From NCBI GenBank assembly GCA_040389365.1, contig JAZKAB010000003.1, positions 7,357-71,356 of the forward strand: a DNA stretch of 64,000 bases, written 5' to 3'. A program made the translations under genes and the position numbers. The first letter of the stretch is position 1; every line of letters begins with the position of its first letter. The notes below the pieces were generated by a model. It was not told the DNA's origin. It made no database searches and saw nothing but the letters and a program-made list of their open reading frames with translations. Below, piece by piece: positions 48,952 through 57,865 of this stretch. This DNA comes from Patescibacteria group bacterium (lineage in GTDB: Bacteria > Patescibacteriota > Minisyncoccia > Phycocordibacterales > UBA9973).

Positions 48952-50686
48952 TACCTCAACCGAAAAGTCATCGCTCATCAAGGCGCTTAAGAAGCTGCTG
49001 CCGTATTTGAAGGGCGAGAACGCAAAGCTCGTTATTGCTTTTGCTGCCATTATTATCAATTCCGGCTTGCTGCTCTTGTCGCCATTGCTTGTTGGACAGG
49101 CCGTCAACAGATTTATATTGACCAAGCAGCCTGACGGCATGCTTGCGTACAGCGCGCTCATCATGGGCGTATTCGTGCTTGCGGCTGGCGCCAATTACAT
49201 TCAGTCAAAGGTTATGGGAGGCGTGGGTCAGCGGTTGCTGTTTACGCTTCGCAATGCCATCTTTACCAAGCTGCAGAAGCTGCCAATTGCATTCTTCAAT
49301 CAGAACAAGGCCGGAGACTTGATCTCTCGAATCAATAGCGATACTGACAATCTTAATAACTTCTTCTCGCAGTCGCTTATGCAGTTTATCGGAAACGTCT
49401 TTGTGATTATCGGCGCTACCGTGTTTATTCTTGCAATCAACCTCAAGCTAGGGCTTGCTGCTCTTGTTCCGCTTGTTGTTGTACTGGTTATTACCCGAGT
49501 GCTTTCTCCATGGATCAAGCGACGCAATGCCAAGAGCCTGCAGCAGGTTGGCAGCATGAGCGCTGAGATTCAGGAAAGCCTCGGCAATTTCAAGGCAATT
49601 GTCGCGTTCAACCGCAGAGACTATTTCCGAGAGAAATTTAGCGAAGCGAACCTTAGAAACTTCACTACGGCTATACGCGCAGGCTTCGCGAACAATATTT
49701 TTATTGCGCTCTATGGCTTTGCTGCGAGCGCAGCCCAGCTCATTGTATTGCTCTACGGCATTCACCTGATCGTTATCGGCAATTTCACTATCGGCTTCCT
49801 TATCAGCTACCTTTCATACGTGACGAGACTGTATGACCCGCTGAGGCAGATGGGAACGCTCTGGGCAACATTCCAGACAGCTATGGCAAGCCTTGACCGC
49901 ATTACTGCCATCACGGCGCTTGAAAACGACATGCCGCAGCTTGAAGCGTCTTCTGAAGCAGCAATACCGACGCTGCTGTCATTCCAGCATGTTGGCTTTG
50001 CATACCCTGAAGGAAAAAAGGTGTTGCATGACATCTCTTTCTCGCTGCAGCCAGGCAAGACCTATGCATTGGTCGGCCCGACAGGCGGCGGCAAGACAAC
50101 AACTGCTTCATTGATGGCGAGACTCTTTGATCCGACAGAAGGAACCATTACCTTTGAAGGAAAAGACATACGAACATTCTCTCCTGAAGAGCGAGTGCAG
50201 AAAATCGGCTTTATTCTGCAGGAACCATTCCTCTTTACCGGCACTGTTGGAGAAAATATTTTCTATGCTAATGATCGATATGCCACACAGACGCAGGAAC
50301 AGTATGCTGCAGCGCTTGAGGCTGCCGGGCTTTCTGCGCTTGTTGCTCAGTTTGAAGAGGGACTGGCTACGCCCGTATCGCACAACGGAGAAAGCATCAG
50401 CCTCGGACAGCGACAGCTGATCGCATTCATGCGCGCCGTATTGCGCACCCCTGACATTATTATTCTAGACGAGGCAACTGCAAACATTGATACTGTCACC
50501 GAGCACTTGCTGCAGCAGGTTATCGACAAGCTGCCTGAAAAGACAACTCGCGTTATCATTGCGCACCGTCTCAACACCATTCAGAATGCTGATGAGATAT
50601 TCTTTGTAAATGGCGGATCGGTAACTCCTGCTGGATCGCTTGATCATGCGATGGAGATGCTAATGCATGCAAAGAGAAGCAGTTAA
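48935..50686 (+). CDS. Heterodimeric ABC exporter subunit B
   Basis: TMD plus GPTGGGKT, SLGQRQL, ILDEATANID, AHRL. Confidence 0.9.
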   Translation: MNYKLDTSTEKSSLIKALKKLLPYLKGENAKLVIAFAAIIINSGLLLLSPLLVGQAVNRFILTKQPDGMLAYSALIMGVFVLAAGANYIQSKVMGGVGQRLLFTLRNAIFTKLQKLPIAFFNQNKAGDLISRINSDTDNLNNFFSQSLMQFIGNVFVIIGATVFILAINLKLGLAALVPLVVVLVITRVLSPWIKRRNAKSLQQVGSMSAEIQESLGNFKAIVAFNRRDYFREKFSEANLRNFTTAIRAGFANNIFIALYGFAASAAQLIVLLYGIHLIVIGNFTIGFLISYLSYVTRLYDPLRQMGTLWATFQTAMASLDRITAITALENDMPQLEASSEAAIPTLLSFQHVGFAYPEGKKVLHDISFSLQPGKTYALVGPTGGGKTTTASLMARLFDPTEGTITFEGKDIRTFSPEERVQKIGFILQEPFLFTGTVGENIFYANDRYATQTQEQYAAALEAAGLSALVAQFEEGLATPVSHNGESISLGQRQLIAFMRAVLRTPDIIILDEATANIDTVTEHLLQQVIDKLPEKTTRVIIAHRLNTIQNADEIFFVNGGSVTPAGSLDHAMEMLMHAKRSS

Positions 50687-50695
50687 TCGCAATAG

Positions 50696-50725
50696 AAAAA
50701 CACCCTGATGACCAGGGTGTTTTTT
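50696..50725. terminator. Bidirectional terminator
   Basis: AAAAACACCCTG-ATGAC-CAGGGTGTTTTT. Confidence 0.8.
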
Positions 50726-50735
50726 GTTCGGTATT

Positions 50736-51593
50736 TTATTTCCTTGAAAGAAAGCCGTATCGCTTTGAGTAGACAAAGGTTCCTGCAGCGCCTATAAAGA
50801 ATACCTGCGCAGAATAATAGACCCAGAGCAGAAGACCGACAATTGATCCCGCAGCGCCATAGGCTGTCGTTGTCCCGAATGAGGCGATATACCAGGTAAT
50901 GAGGAATTTCCCGATAAGAAACAGTGCAGAGGTTGCAAGTGCTCCCCAAAACAGCTCTTCCCTCGGCAGCTTGGTATTCGGCAGTATGCGATAGACGATG
51001 CCAAACAATAGCGTGCCGCCAGCAAGCGTAACTAATACATTGAAAGCTGCGAGCACTATGTCATTTTGCAATATGCCGGGGAGGGAGTAGTGGAAGAATG
51101 ACATGAAGACGCTAAAGGCAACTACAAACAGAAACAGCAAGCCGAATAGTAAAATAAGAGAGAGTGCCAAAAGGCGATCTTTGATAAAATTAAGCAGCTT
51201 TATGCGAGTGCTTTCTTTTGGAACTCTGCCCGACGTATCCCAAAGCTCATCGAGGTCAGTATCAAGCTCTGCGAGCACGCCTAGCGCTGCAACAGTGAGC
51301 AGTATCCCGCCAATAATGGCTGTAAGAACGCCAGTATGGCTTCTATACGCGCTATTAATAAGCGTTTGAATAATAACCGCTAGGTTAGGGCCAACTGCCA
51401 AGCTTAGTGTCTTGCCAACAACCTGCGTTGTCGTCTGCTTGTCAAAGATGGTGCGCACGATTGCGATAAGCAGGATAAATAGGGGCGCAATTGAAAAGAT
51501 CGTGTAGTACGAAATAGCGGCGCCCATGCGTGACGCTCGTTTCTTTTGCCAATGCGCAAAGGTGTCTCGTGCCAGAATCGCTATCTTACTCAT
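50736..51593 (-). CDS. YihY/virulence factor BrkB family membrane protein
   Basis: GAAISYYTIFSIAP, YGAAGS...LLWVYYSAQ. True start MSKIA at 51593. Confidence 0.9.
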   Translation of the reverse strand: MSKIAILARDTFAHWQKKRASRMGAAISYYTIFSIAPLFILLIAIVRTIFDKQTTTQVVGKTLSLAVGPNLAVIIQTLINSAYRSHTGVLTAIIGGILLTVAALGVLAELDTDLDELWDTSGRVPKESTRIKLLNFIKDRLLALSLILLFGLLFLFVVAFSVFMSFFHYSLPGILQNDIVLAAFNVLVTLAGGTLLFGIVYRILPNTKLPREELFWGALATSALFLIGKFLITWYIASFGTTTAYGAAGSIVGLLLWVYYSAQVFFIGAAGTFVYSKRYGFLSRK

Positions 51594-51813
51594 TGTCCTT
51601 GCTGTCGCGGTCTCCTTCAAGCTCCTGCTGAAGCTCGTCTTTTGCGCCGTCTTGGCCTGCAAAGCTTTCTTCGCTCTGATCCTGCTCGATTGCGTCAAGC
51701 GGCTCGCCATCCTTGCCGTCAATCTGATCAAGATCCTCTAGATTTGCATATTCTGCGTTAGTATCAATCTCCTGATGCACAGGTGTCTTTTTTACGTTGT
51801 CGTCTTCATTCAT
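51586..51813 (-). CDS. Small highly acidic protein
   Basis: 75 aa, D/E-rich. Stop overlaps the yihY start. Confidence 0.55.
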   Translation of the reverse strand: MNEDDNVKKTPVHQEIDTNAEYANLEDLDQIDGKDGEPLDAIEQDQSEESFAGQDGAKDELQQELEGDRDSKDNE

Positions 51814-51883
51814 ATGCCTTCCTCAATTAATTGCTATACCTAAAGTATATACGAAAAGCCTAAAATATGCTTTACTGCTATAT

Positions 51884-52135
51884 ATGCATGATCACACAAA
51901 CAGAGCCCTTATTATCCTAATGATCGTTATTATTATAATTGTCGCAATTATCCTCTTTGTACCACGAGGCTATTATTACTACCCAGCAAACATTGGCACG
52001 ACTCGCGTACAGCGCACCGTGCCTGTTACGACAATACGCCCTGCAGTTATCGAGACTCATAGCTATACCACAACTCCCGTTACGACATACCAGCAGACAA
52101 CGACAACTGAGACAACTAATACCTCATCTCAATAG
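51884..52135 (+). CDS. Small membrane protein with Thr-rich tail
   Basis: One TM followed by TTTPVTTYQQTTTTETT. Confidence 0.55.
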   Translation: MHDHTNRALIILMIVIIIIVAIILFVPRGYYYYPANIGTTRVQRTVPVTTIRPAVIETHSYTTTPVTTYQQTTTTETTNTSSQ

Positions 52136-53966
52136 CAGCAAGAAACACACTCATTCGATCTCGCTCAGCAAGCGCTATCTTAACCGCATGCTCAAGGGGA
52201 GCAATGAGATCCCAAAGAAAGGCTACGTCAGAAATGACCGTAGTCTTTTTTAATGCACTTTTAGCAAATGCGCAATGTGCAGCGATCAGAGCTGAGCAAT
52301 GATCGATCTCATGCTGCCAAAAGAGCTCCTGCAGCTCCTGCTCGTCTTTTGCAAGATCGATTTGCCTTCCTTTTTTCCATGCACGAAGCATATGAGCGCT
52401 CACGCTGTTAAGAAATCCGTTCTGCAGATCAAGCAGCCAGTCATGCGCATCGTCATTGAGCTGGCGCGCGATGAGATAGTGGATGAAGAATTCTTGCAGT
52501 ATGGCCGCGTCGCCACCCCGATGAGCCAGCATGCAGGCAAATAGTATTGGTATTGCATGGCCGAGCGACTTTTGCGCCAGTACCGCATAGTCGCCATAGT
52601 CAGGCAACGCTTCTGGAAGCACGAGTACATTATTCGCATTTTCTATACGGCACTGCTCATACTCCCAGGCAGTTGCTCCTGCAATGCCAGAAAGTATGTT
52701 TGAAAATAACCGCGTGTCGACCTGAAAAGAGGTGATAATTGTCTCTACCTTTCTAACGCAAAGTATTGCCAAAGGCAATAAGCCAACCGCATCTTCGCCA
52801 TCGACAATGTCGTCGCATATGCCATAGCCGATCCAGCCCAGTACTCCAAGCGCAGAAAGAGAAATAGCATTTTCTTCAGGAAGAAGCTGGGATGAAAAGC
52901 GATAGGGCAGCAAGACTACGTCGGACATATCCAAGGCATTCATTGCGTTGTCTAACTGCTGTTGTATCGCAGGAGAAGAATCGCTAAAAAGCGCTGAACA
53001 GTGCTGCCGTACTGCAGTTATAAGGTGAGGGTCAGTCTGCTCTGTGTTCGAGTGTCCTGAATATTGTATGGTCTTTTCGTATAGCGCAAGCGCCTCAACA
53101 CAGCATGCGCTTAGATGGGCACTGCAGCTGCTATGTACAGGGAATCCTTCTGCATACGATTCAATTATAAAGGGCGACTGAGGCCATTGCCCATCGACTG
53201 AAGAGTCGAGCAGGAATTGCACTCCTTCAGATACCTCAGTAGCTGAAACTCCCAGTCGCAACAGCGAAGATACAGCAAGCGCAGTACGCAGCGGCGTATC
53301 CCAATGACCGTTGCTGTTTCTTCTACCTACTATCTGCCTAACAAGCACATTCTTATCATGCCCCGCGTATGCTCTTGATATAAAATATAGTACGACAATA
53401 GGATCGTCATAATACTTAGATGCATGCGATTCGCTTAGGCATTGCTTCTCAATATATTTATCAAGTGTCTGCTGCTGAATTCCAAGCGACGCAAGCAGAA
53501 AAGCAATAGTGCTGTTAACAACCACATCGATATCATGCCACTCTGGCGACCGAGCATCGAGTATCCATGTTTGATATGGCCCGCCCGGCTTCTCCTCGTT
53601 GGCGATAAGCAATTGAGCCAGTCGTGCTAGATGCGTTTCAGTTACAAGCTCAGGCTGAAAGGAGTGAATAGCAAGCAGTGCAAGCGCCGTATCATCAAGA
53701 TCGTCAGGGTACGGCACAGAGGCTTCTTCGTCAGAGCCCCTTTGCCAATAATTGCAGGAAGAGGCATTGCTGAGCTGAGACAAGAGAAACCGGGCAGCCT
53801 TGTCTCGCATAGCGCTGTCAGAAACTGCAGTGCAGATAAGACTTGTATAGAATGTTGTAGGTTTGCCCTGGTCGCTTAGGAACGAACCGTTGCCTTGCTG
53901 CTGGGAGGCAATAAAGCGTAGCGCATCATTGCGCACCCTGTTTATGCGTCGTGTTTGGTCTGTCAT
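52116..53966 (-). CDS. Fused class II terpene cyclase beta-domain / class I isoprenoid-synthase-fold prenyltransferase
   Basis: QQQGNGSF and QW-like repeats, YPDDLDDT (DxDD). C-terminal ICDDIVDG (DDxxD) and RQLNDDAHDW. Confidence 0.8.
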   Translation of the reverse strand: MTDQTRRINRVRNDALRFIASQQQGNGSFLSDQGKPTTFYTSLICTAVSDSAMRDKAARFLLSQLSNASSCNYWQRGSDEEASVPYPDDLDDTALALLAIHSFQPELVTETHLARLAQLLIANEEKPGGPYQTWILDARSPEWHDIDVVVNSTIAFLLASLGIQQQTLDKYIEKQCLSESHASKYYDDPIVVLYFISRAYAGHDKNVLVRQIVGRRNSNGHWDTPLRTALAVSSLLRLGVSATEVSEGVQFLLDSSVDGQWPQSPFIIESYAEGFPVHSSCSAHLSACCVEALALYEKTIQYSGHSNTEQTDPHLITAVRQHCSALFSDSSPAIQQQLDNAMNALDMSDVVLLPYRFSSQLLPEENAISLSALGVLGWIGYGICDDIVDGEDAVGLLPLAILCVRKVETIITSFQVDTRLFSNILSGIAGATAWEYEQCRIENANNVLVLPEALPDYGDYAVLAQKSLGHAIPILFACMLAHRGGDAAILQEFFIHYLIARQLNDDAHDWLLDLQNGFLNSVSAHMLRAWKKGRQIDLAKDEQELQELFWQHEIDHCSALIAAHCAFAKSALKKTTVISDVAFLWDLIAPLEHAVKIALAERDRMSVFLAAIEMRY

Positions 53967-55407
53967 GGGTAGCGAGAAGAGGAATTCGGATGATAAATGT
54001 TGTGCCTTTATTCTCAGTACTAGTAACGGCAATAGATCCCTTGAAATAGCGCTCGATAATTTCTTTTGTCTGCGACAGGCCAATTCCAGTGCCCTTGCTG
54101 TAAGACTTGGTAGTGAAGAGCGGGTTGAAAATCGAGCCAATATGGTCTGGCGATATGCCGCAGCCATTGTCTCGAATGATAAGCACTATGCCATTTTTAT
54201 TTGATGCTTTTCTTAACAAAATATTAACGATACTCGTGCGATTGTTATTCTCGCATGCATCAACTGCATTCATGAGCAAATTGAGCACTGTCTGATAGAA
54301 CTTAAGCGCCGGGCCGTGCAGCTCAATTGCATCTTTGGCCTTGAATCGAAACTGTACCGATGCCTCTCGCGCCCTAAATTGCAGCATATCCATCGCATCG
54401 CGAATTTCTTTCTCAGGAGAGAAGACACTATGCGCGTCATCGCTTGCAATCTGCTTGCGCACTGACTGTATATGGTTTCCTAAGCGCTTGCTTGCTGCAA
54501 CTGCCTTGCCAACATACTGCTGCACTTCTGGCAAATGTTCCGGTGAGCCTTCCAGGCGAGAAACGTTAATGACAACGACATTGAGCACATTCATCAGGTC
54601 ATGAAATATGCCCGAAGAAAGCTTGCCGAATTCCGCAAAGCGGTACAGCTGCGAAACCTTGTCTTCCTGAGCCCCTTTCAATTCTCTGGTGCGCTCTTCA
54701 ACTTTGATTTCCAACAAGTTTCTTTCTTCAAGCAGTGCCTTTTCTGAGGCGCGTGCCCGCTTGAGCGAACGCTCAATCTCTCTATTCGAAAGCCAGGAAA
54801 CGCCAGTTATGACAAACAGCACGACTGAGAGCTCGAACGGATCGCTGATGCTTATCGGCGCATGCTTCCATGCTAATACTGGATTTATAACCGCATGCAG
54901 CTGAAGATACGTAATGCCGATAATTGAAAGCGCAATGACGGAAGCTGCCAGAAACGCAAAGCGAGTCGAGATCAGAATGCTCGATATGACAATAATCACA
55001 ATGTAGCTGATAGTTACCAGCGGCAGCTCAACGCCCCAATGGATTGCGCCATAAGTCGTAAGCACAAAGTAGAAGAGGAGGAATATAAGGCCAGAAGTTT
55101 TGTAATAGCCCTTTCGGGACAGGAGCAGCAGGGAACCAAATACCAAAATAAACAGATTGAAGCTTATGAGAGATATGCCGTGGTAATGTGCGCCTTGCTT
55201 AATGGTATCTATTGCAATGATGCTGTGCAGGAAAAGCAGAAAGGGGATTATGCAGCACAGAATAGTGTTGAGAATAAACTCATACCGCTGCGTATCTTCA
55301 TCAGATGATTTCGGCGCTATGAAAGCTGCATACATATACTCAATACTGCGCCCGAATAAGCTTTCGGAAAATGAGCGGAGTTTTCTTATTCTAGGGCGAG
55401 TATTCAT
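53926..55407 (-). CDS. Sensor histidine kinase, about 6 TM
   Basis: H box GIFHDLMN, N box NLLMNAVDA, G1 DNGCGI, F box, G2 GTGIGL. Confidence 0.93.
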   Translation of the reverse strand: MNTRPRIRKLRSFSESLFGRSIEYMYAAFIAPKSSDEDTQRYEFILNTILCCIIPFLLFLHSIIAIDTIKQGAHYHGISLISFNLFILVFGSLLLLSRKGYYKTSGLIFLLFYFVLTTYGAIHWGVELPLVTISYIVIIVISSILISTRFAFLAASVIALSIIGITYLQLHAVINPVLAWKHAPISISDPFELSVVLFVITGVSWLSNREIERSLKRARASEKALLEERNLLEIKVEERTRELKGAQEDKVSQLYRFAEFGKLSSGIFHDLMNVLNVVVINVSRLEGSPEHLPEVQQYVGKAVAASKRLGNHIQSVRKQIASDDAHSVFSPEKEIRDAMDMLQFRAREASVQFRFKAKDAIELHGPALKFYQTVLNLLMNAVDACENNNRTSIVNILLRKASNKNGIVLIIRDNGCGISPDHIGSIFNPLFTTKSYSKGTGIGLSQTKEIIERYFKGSIAVTSTENKGTTFIIRIPLLATHDRPNTTHKQGAQ

Positions 55408-55426
55408 TATAGGTAGCGAGCTGTTG

Positions 55427-55633
55427 CTATTCGTCTCCAGCCCACGGGGTAAAGGCGGACTGCTGGTAGGCGGCAGCTCTTATGGAGTCTGCGCTGCGCG
55501 CCGAAGGGTCAATGAGCATGCGCTCGATTGCTTTTTTCATACTGAAGAATGATACAGGCTGCGAGCTATTCGACAATAGCTCGAAGTCCAGTGTATACAA
55601 ACGCATATCAATTGGAACCGAAGATTTTATCAT
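55427..55633 (-). CDS. 68-aa peptide, candidate signal/pheromone precursor
   Basis: ATG overlaps the regulator stop (TAATG). ORF fills the RR-HK gap and ends ...SAFTPWAGDE. Confidence 0.65.
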   Translation of the reverse strand: MIKSSVPIDMRLYTLDFELLSNSSQPVSFFSMKKAIERMLIDPSARSADSIRAAAYQQSAFTPWAGDE

Positions 55634-56307
55634 TATTTCATCAAGTCTATCTTGTATCCTCTTCCTGCAACGCTATGAATAAGCTTGGTCTTGTCCTTAT
55701 GCTCGATCTTCTTGCGCAGGTTCAGGATATGAGTCTCAATAGTATTAGAAAACGGATCCAAGTCAACATCCCAAATATGCTCCATCAGCATGCCTCTGGT
55801 AACGACAACGCCAGCGTGCTTCATAAGATATTCAAGCAGCGAAAATTCCTTGCGGGTAAGGTACACGGGAACGCCTGACCGAGATGCGGTTTGCCGAATG
55901 GTATCGAGCTCAAGATCGTCAAGCGTGAGAATTGACTGCTGCATCATAACCGGGCGCCGTACGACGGCCTGAATGCGGGCATAGATTTCGTCAAAGTACA
56001 GCGGCTTGGAGACATAATCATCGGCTCCAATAGTGAGCCCTCGAACCTTGTAGGGAACAGCGTCAGTAACAGATATCATTATGACTCTCGTATTCTTTCC
56101 GTTTTCCCTTATTTCTTCCAGTACTGAAAATCCGTTCATGTCAGGCAGGCCATAGTCAAGAAGGATAACATCATAGTCATTGGTCTTGGCAAGGTATACG
56201 CCTTTCTTTCCTGTGCCGACGCAGTCAACTGCAATGCCTTTTTCTAATAATCGCTCAGTTAGGAATAATTGCGTGTCTTTGTCGTCCTCGATAATCAGTA
56301 TTCTCAT
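55633..56307 (-). CDS. OmpR/PhoB family response regulator
   Basis: MRILIIEDD, LLDYGLP, GADDY..KP, LTRKEF.LL, H..NLRKK, GRGY. Confidence 0.95.
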   Translation of the reverse strand: MRILIIEDDKDTQLFLTERLLEKGIAVDCVGTGKKGVYLAKTNDYDVILLDYGLPDMNGFSVLEEIRENGKNTRVIMISVTDAVPYKVRGLTIGADDYVSKPLYFDEIYARIQAVVRRPVMMQQSILTLDDLELDTIRQTASRSGVPVYLTRKEFSLLEYLMKHAGVVVTRGMLMEHIWDVDLDPFSNTIETHILNLRKKIEHKDKTKLIHSVAGRGYKIDLMK

Positions 56308-56396
56308 ATTGGTGTGCTCAAAGTATAAAATACTGAGCAAGAAAAATCGACATAAAACCGTGCATAACTAGCCTAAAACCTTTATCTTTTCTTGAT

Positions 56397-56456
56397 TTGA
56401 CAAATGAGCCAATATTTCATATTATTCGAAATGCTAATAGTTAGTTTAGCTAAGTA
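56397..56456 (+). promoter_or_regulatory. Sigma70 promoter and candidate MarR operator
   Basis: TTGACA-17-TATTAT. Imperfect palindrome TAGTTAG-N5-CTAAGTA (56438-56456) just before the marR ATG. Confidence 0.65.
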
Positions 56457-56458
56457 AT

Positions 56459-56887
56459 ATGAAGCAATCAAAAGAAACATTCGACATACAAGAATTTCAA
56501 GATTTGTTATATCTTTTCAAGAAGACCTTTAGCGCCCTGTATAAGAAGGAGACCAGCGGCCTGCACTGCTCGGCTTCGCATATGGAAATCATGCATTATA
56601 TTGCCGAGCACGACTCAGCCAGCATGAAAGACTTGGCCGGATATCTTCGCATTACGCCGCCCTCAGTCACCACGCTCATTGATGCAATGGTTGAAAACGG
56701 CCTCGTGCGACGTGAAGCAGCTGCAGCAGACCGGCGCACCGTTCGCGTGTCGCTGACGCCGAAGGCAACCAGCACATACAAGCAGCTGCAAAAAAAGAAA
56801 ACCATCTTGCTCGCTAAACTGCTAAAGAAAATAAGCACCGAACAGAAAGAACAGTTATCAGCAATTATCAAAGCACTCGTACAATAA
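56459..56887 (+). CDS. MarR family transcriptional regulator
   Basis: LA..L.IT.PSVT.LID.MV..GLV.R....DRR...V.LT. Confidence 0.93.
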   Translation: MKQSKETFDIQEFQDLLYLFKKTFSALYKKETSGLHCSASHMEIMHYIAEHDSASMKDLAGYLRITPPSVTTLIDAMVENGLVRREAAAADRRTVRVSLTPKATSTYKQLQKKKTILLAKLLKKISTEQKEQLSAIIKALVQ

Positions 56888-56888
56888 T

Positions 56889-57863
56889 ATGAAACATTTT
56901 TTTACAACCCCAAAGACCGCCATTCCATTCGTTGCAGCAATTGCAATCATTATTGGCATTATCGGATTTCAAACGCTCGGCAAAGCCCCTGCAGTATCAT
57001 TGCCTGACAACACTCAGACGCTTAACGGCACCGTCGTTACAAACTCTTCCGATGACGTATACGACCTCGCTTTTCCCAATGCAGGACGCGTCGCGTCAGT
57101 ATCCGTGAAGGTTGGCGACCATGTTGCCAAGGGCGAAACGCTCGCTACGCTCGATGCAGGAGCTGCGCTTGGCGCAGTAACGCAGGCAAAAGGAGCGCTT
57201 GAGCTTGCCCAGGCGCAATATGCCTCTCAAGACGTGCAGTATGCCAATGCTAAGAAGCAGCAGGATGTACTGGTACAGAATGCATACCGCACGATGCTTT
57301 CAAGCGGACTGACTGCAACGCCGTCAGTTCAGGATGACAATCATCTTCCAGCAATTTCAGGAACGTATGCGTGCGGCAACGAAGGCAGCTACGAAGTATC
57401 GACCTATCCCTCTGGCGCAACTTCTGGCTTTTCATTTACCTATACAGGCCTTGAAAAAGGCGGCGGTCAGGTAACGTTCAGCACCCCTCAGCCGCTCGGC
57501 AGCTGCGGCCTCTTCATTCAGTTCGCGCAAGGCTTTGCTGGCGCGACCAAATGGACTGTCGCGATTCCAAACACCAAGTCGGCAAGCTACGTAACTAACA
57601 AGAATGCCTATGACCTTGCTGTATCAACCCGAGATCAGGTACTCAACCAGTATGCGGCTAACCTGGGAGAAAATTCAAACGCAAACACCGCCAAGGCGGC
57701 AGTTGCGAGCGCCCAGGGCGTATACCAGGCAGCGCTTGGAGCGTACAAGAACAATGTTATTGCTGCTCCAATCGGAGGCACGGTAACATTCATTGACGCA
57801 GACCTTAAGACCGGACAGTCAGTATTGGCAAACAAGGCAATTATTAGCATCTCAACAAAATAA
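56889..57863 (+). CDS. Membrane fusion (HlyD-like) protein with inserted beta domain
   Basis: TM anchor, lipoyl half 'GRVASVSVKVGDHV.KG..LATLD', coiled coils, IAAPIGGTV. Confidence 0.8.
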   Translation: MKHFFTTPKTAIPFVAAIAIIIGIIGFQTLGKAPAVSLPDNTQTLNGTVVTNSSDDVYDLAFPNAGRVASVSVKVGDHVAKGETLATLDAGAALGAVTQAKGALELAQAQYASQDVQYANAKKQQDVLVQNAYRTMLSSGLTATPSVQDDNHLPAISGTYACGNEGSYEVSTYPSGATSGFSFTYTGLEKGGGQVTFSTPQPLGSCGLFIQFAQGFAGATKWTVAIPNTKSASYVTNKNAYDLAVSTRDQVLNQYAANLGENSNANTAKAAVASAQGVYQAALGAYKNNVIAAPIGGTVTFIDADLKTGQSVLANKAIISISTK

Positions 57864-57865
57864 AT

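Noticed and set aside
52116-53966. Squalene-hopene cyclase for hopanoid synthesis
   Set aside because: Only one barrel domain precedes a class I alpha domain, rather than the two-barrel SHC layout, and no hpn genes are nearby.
2928-56340. Long N-terminal extensions in the ORF track (e.g. 2928, 4003, 8610, 9484, 12181, 16875, 35916, 42589, 48851, 51731, 54167, 56340)
   Set aside because: They overlap neighbouring genes or promoters. Downstream ATGs match family N-termini and the -10 or coupling pattern.
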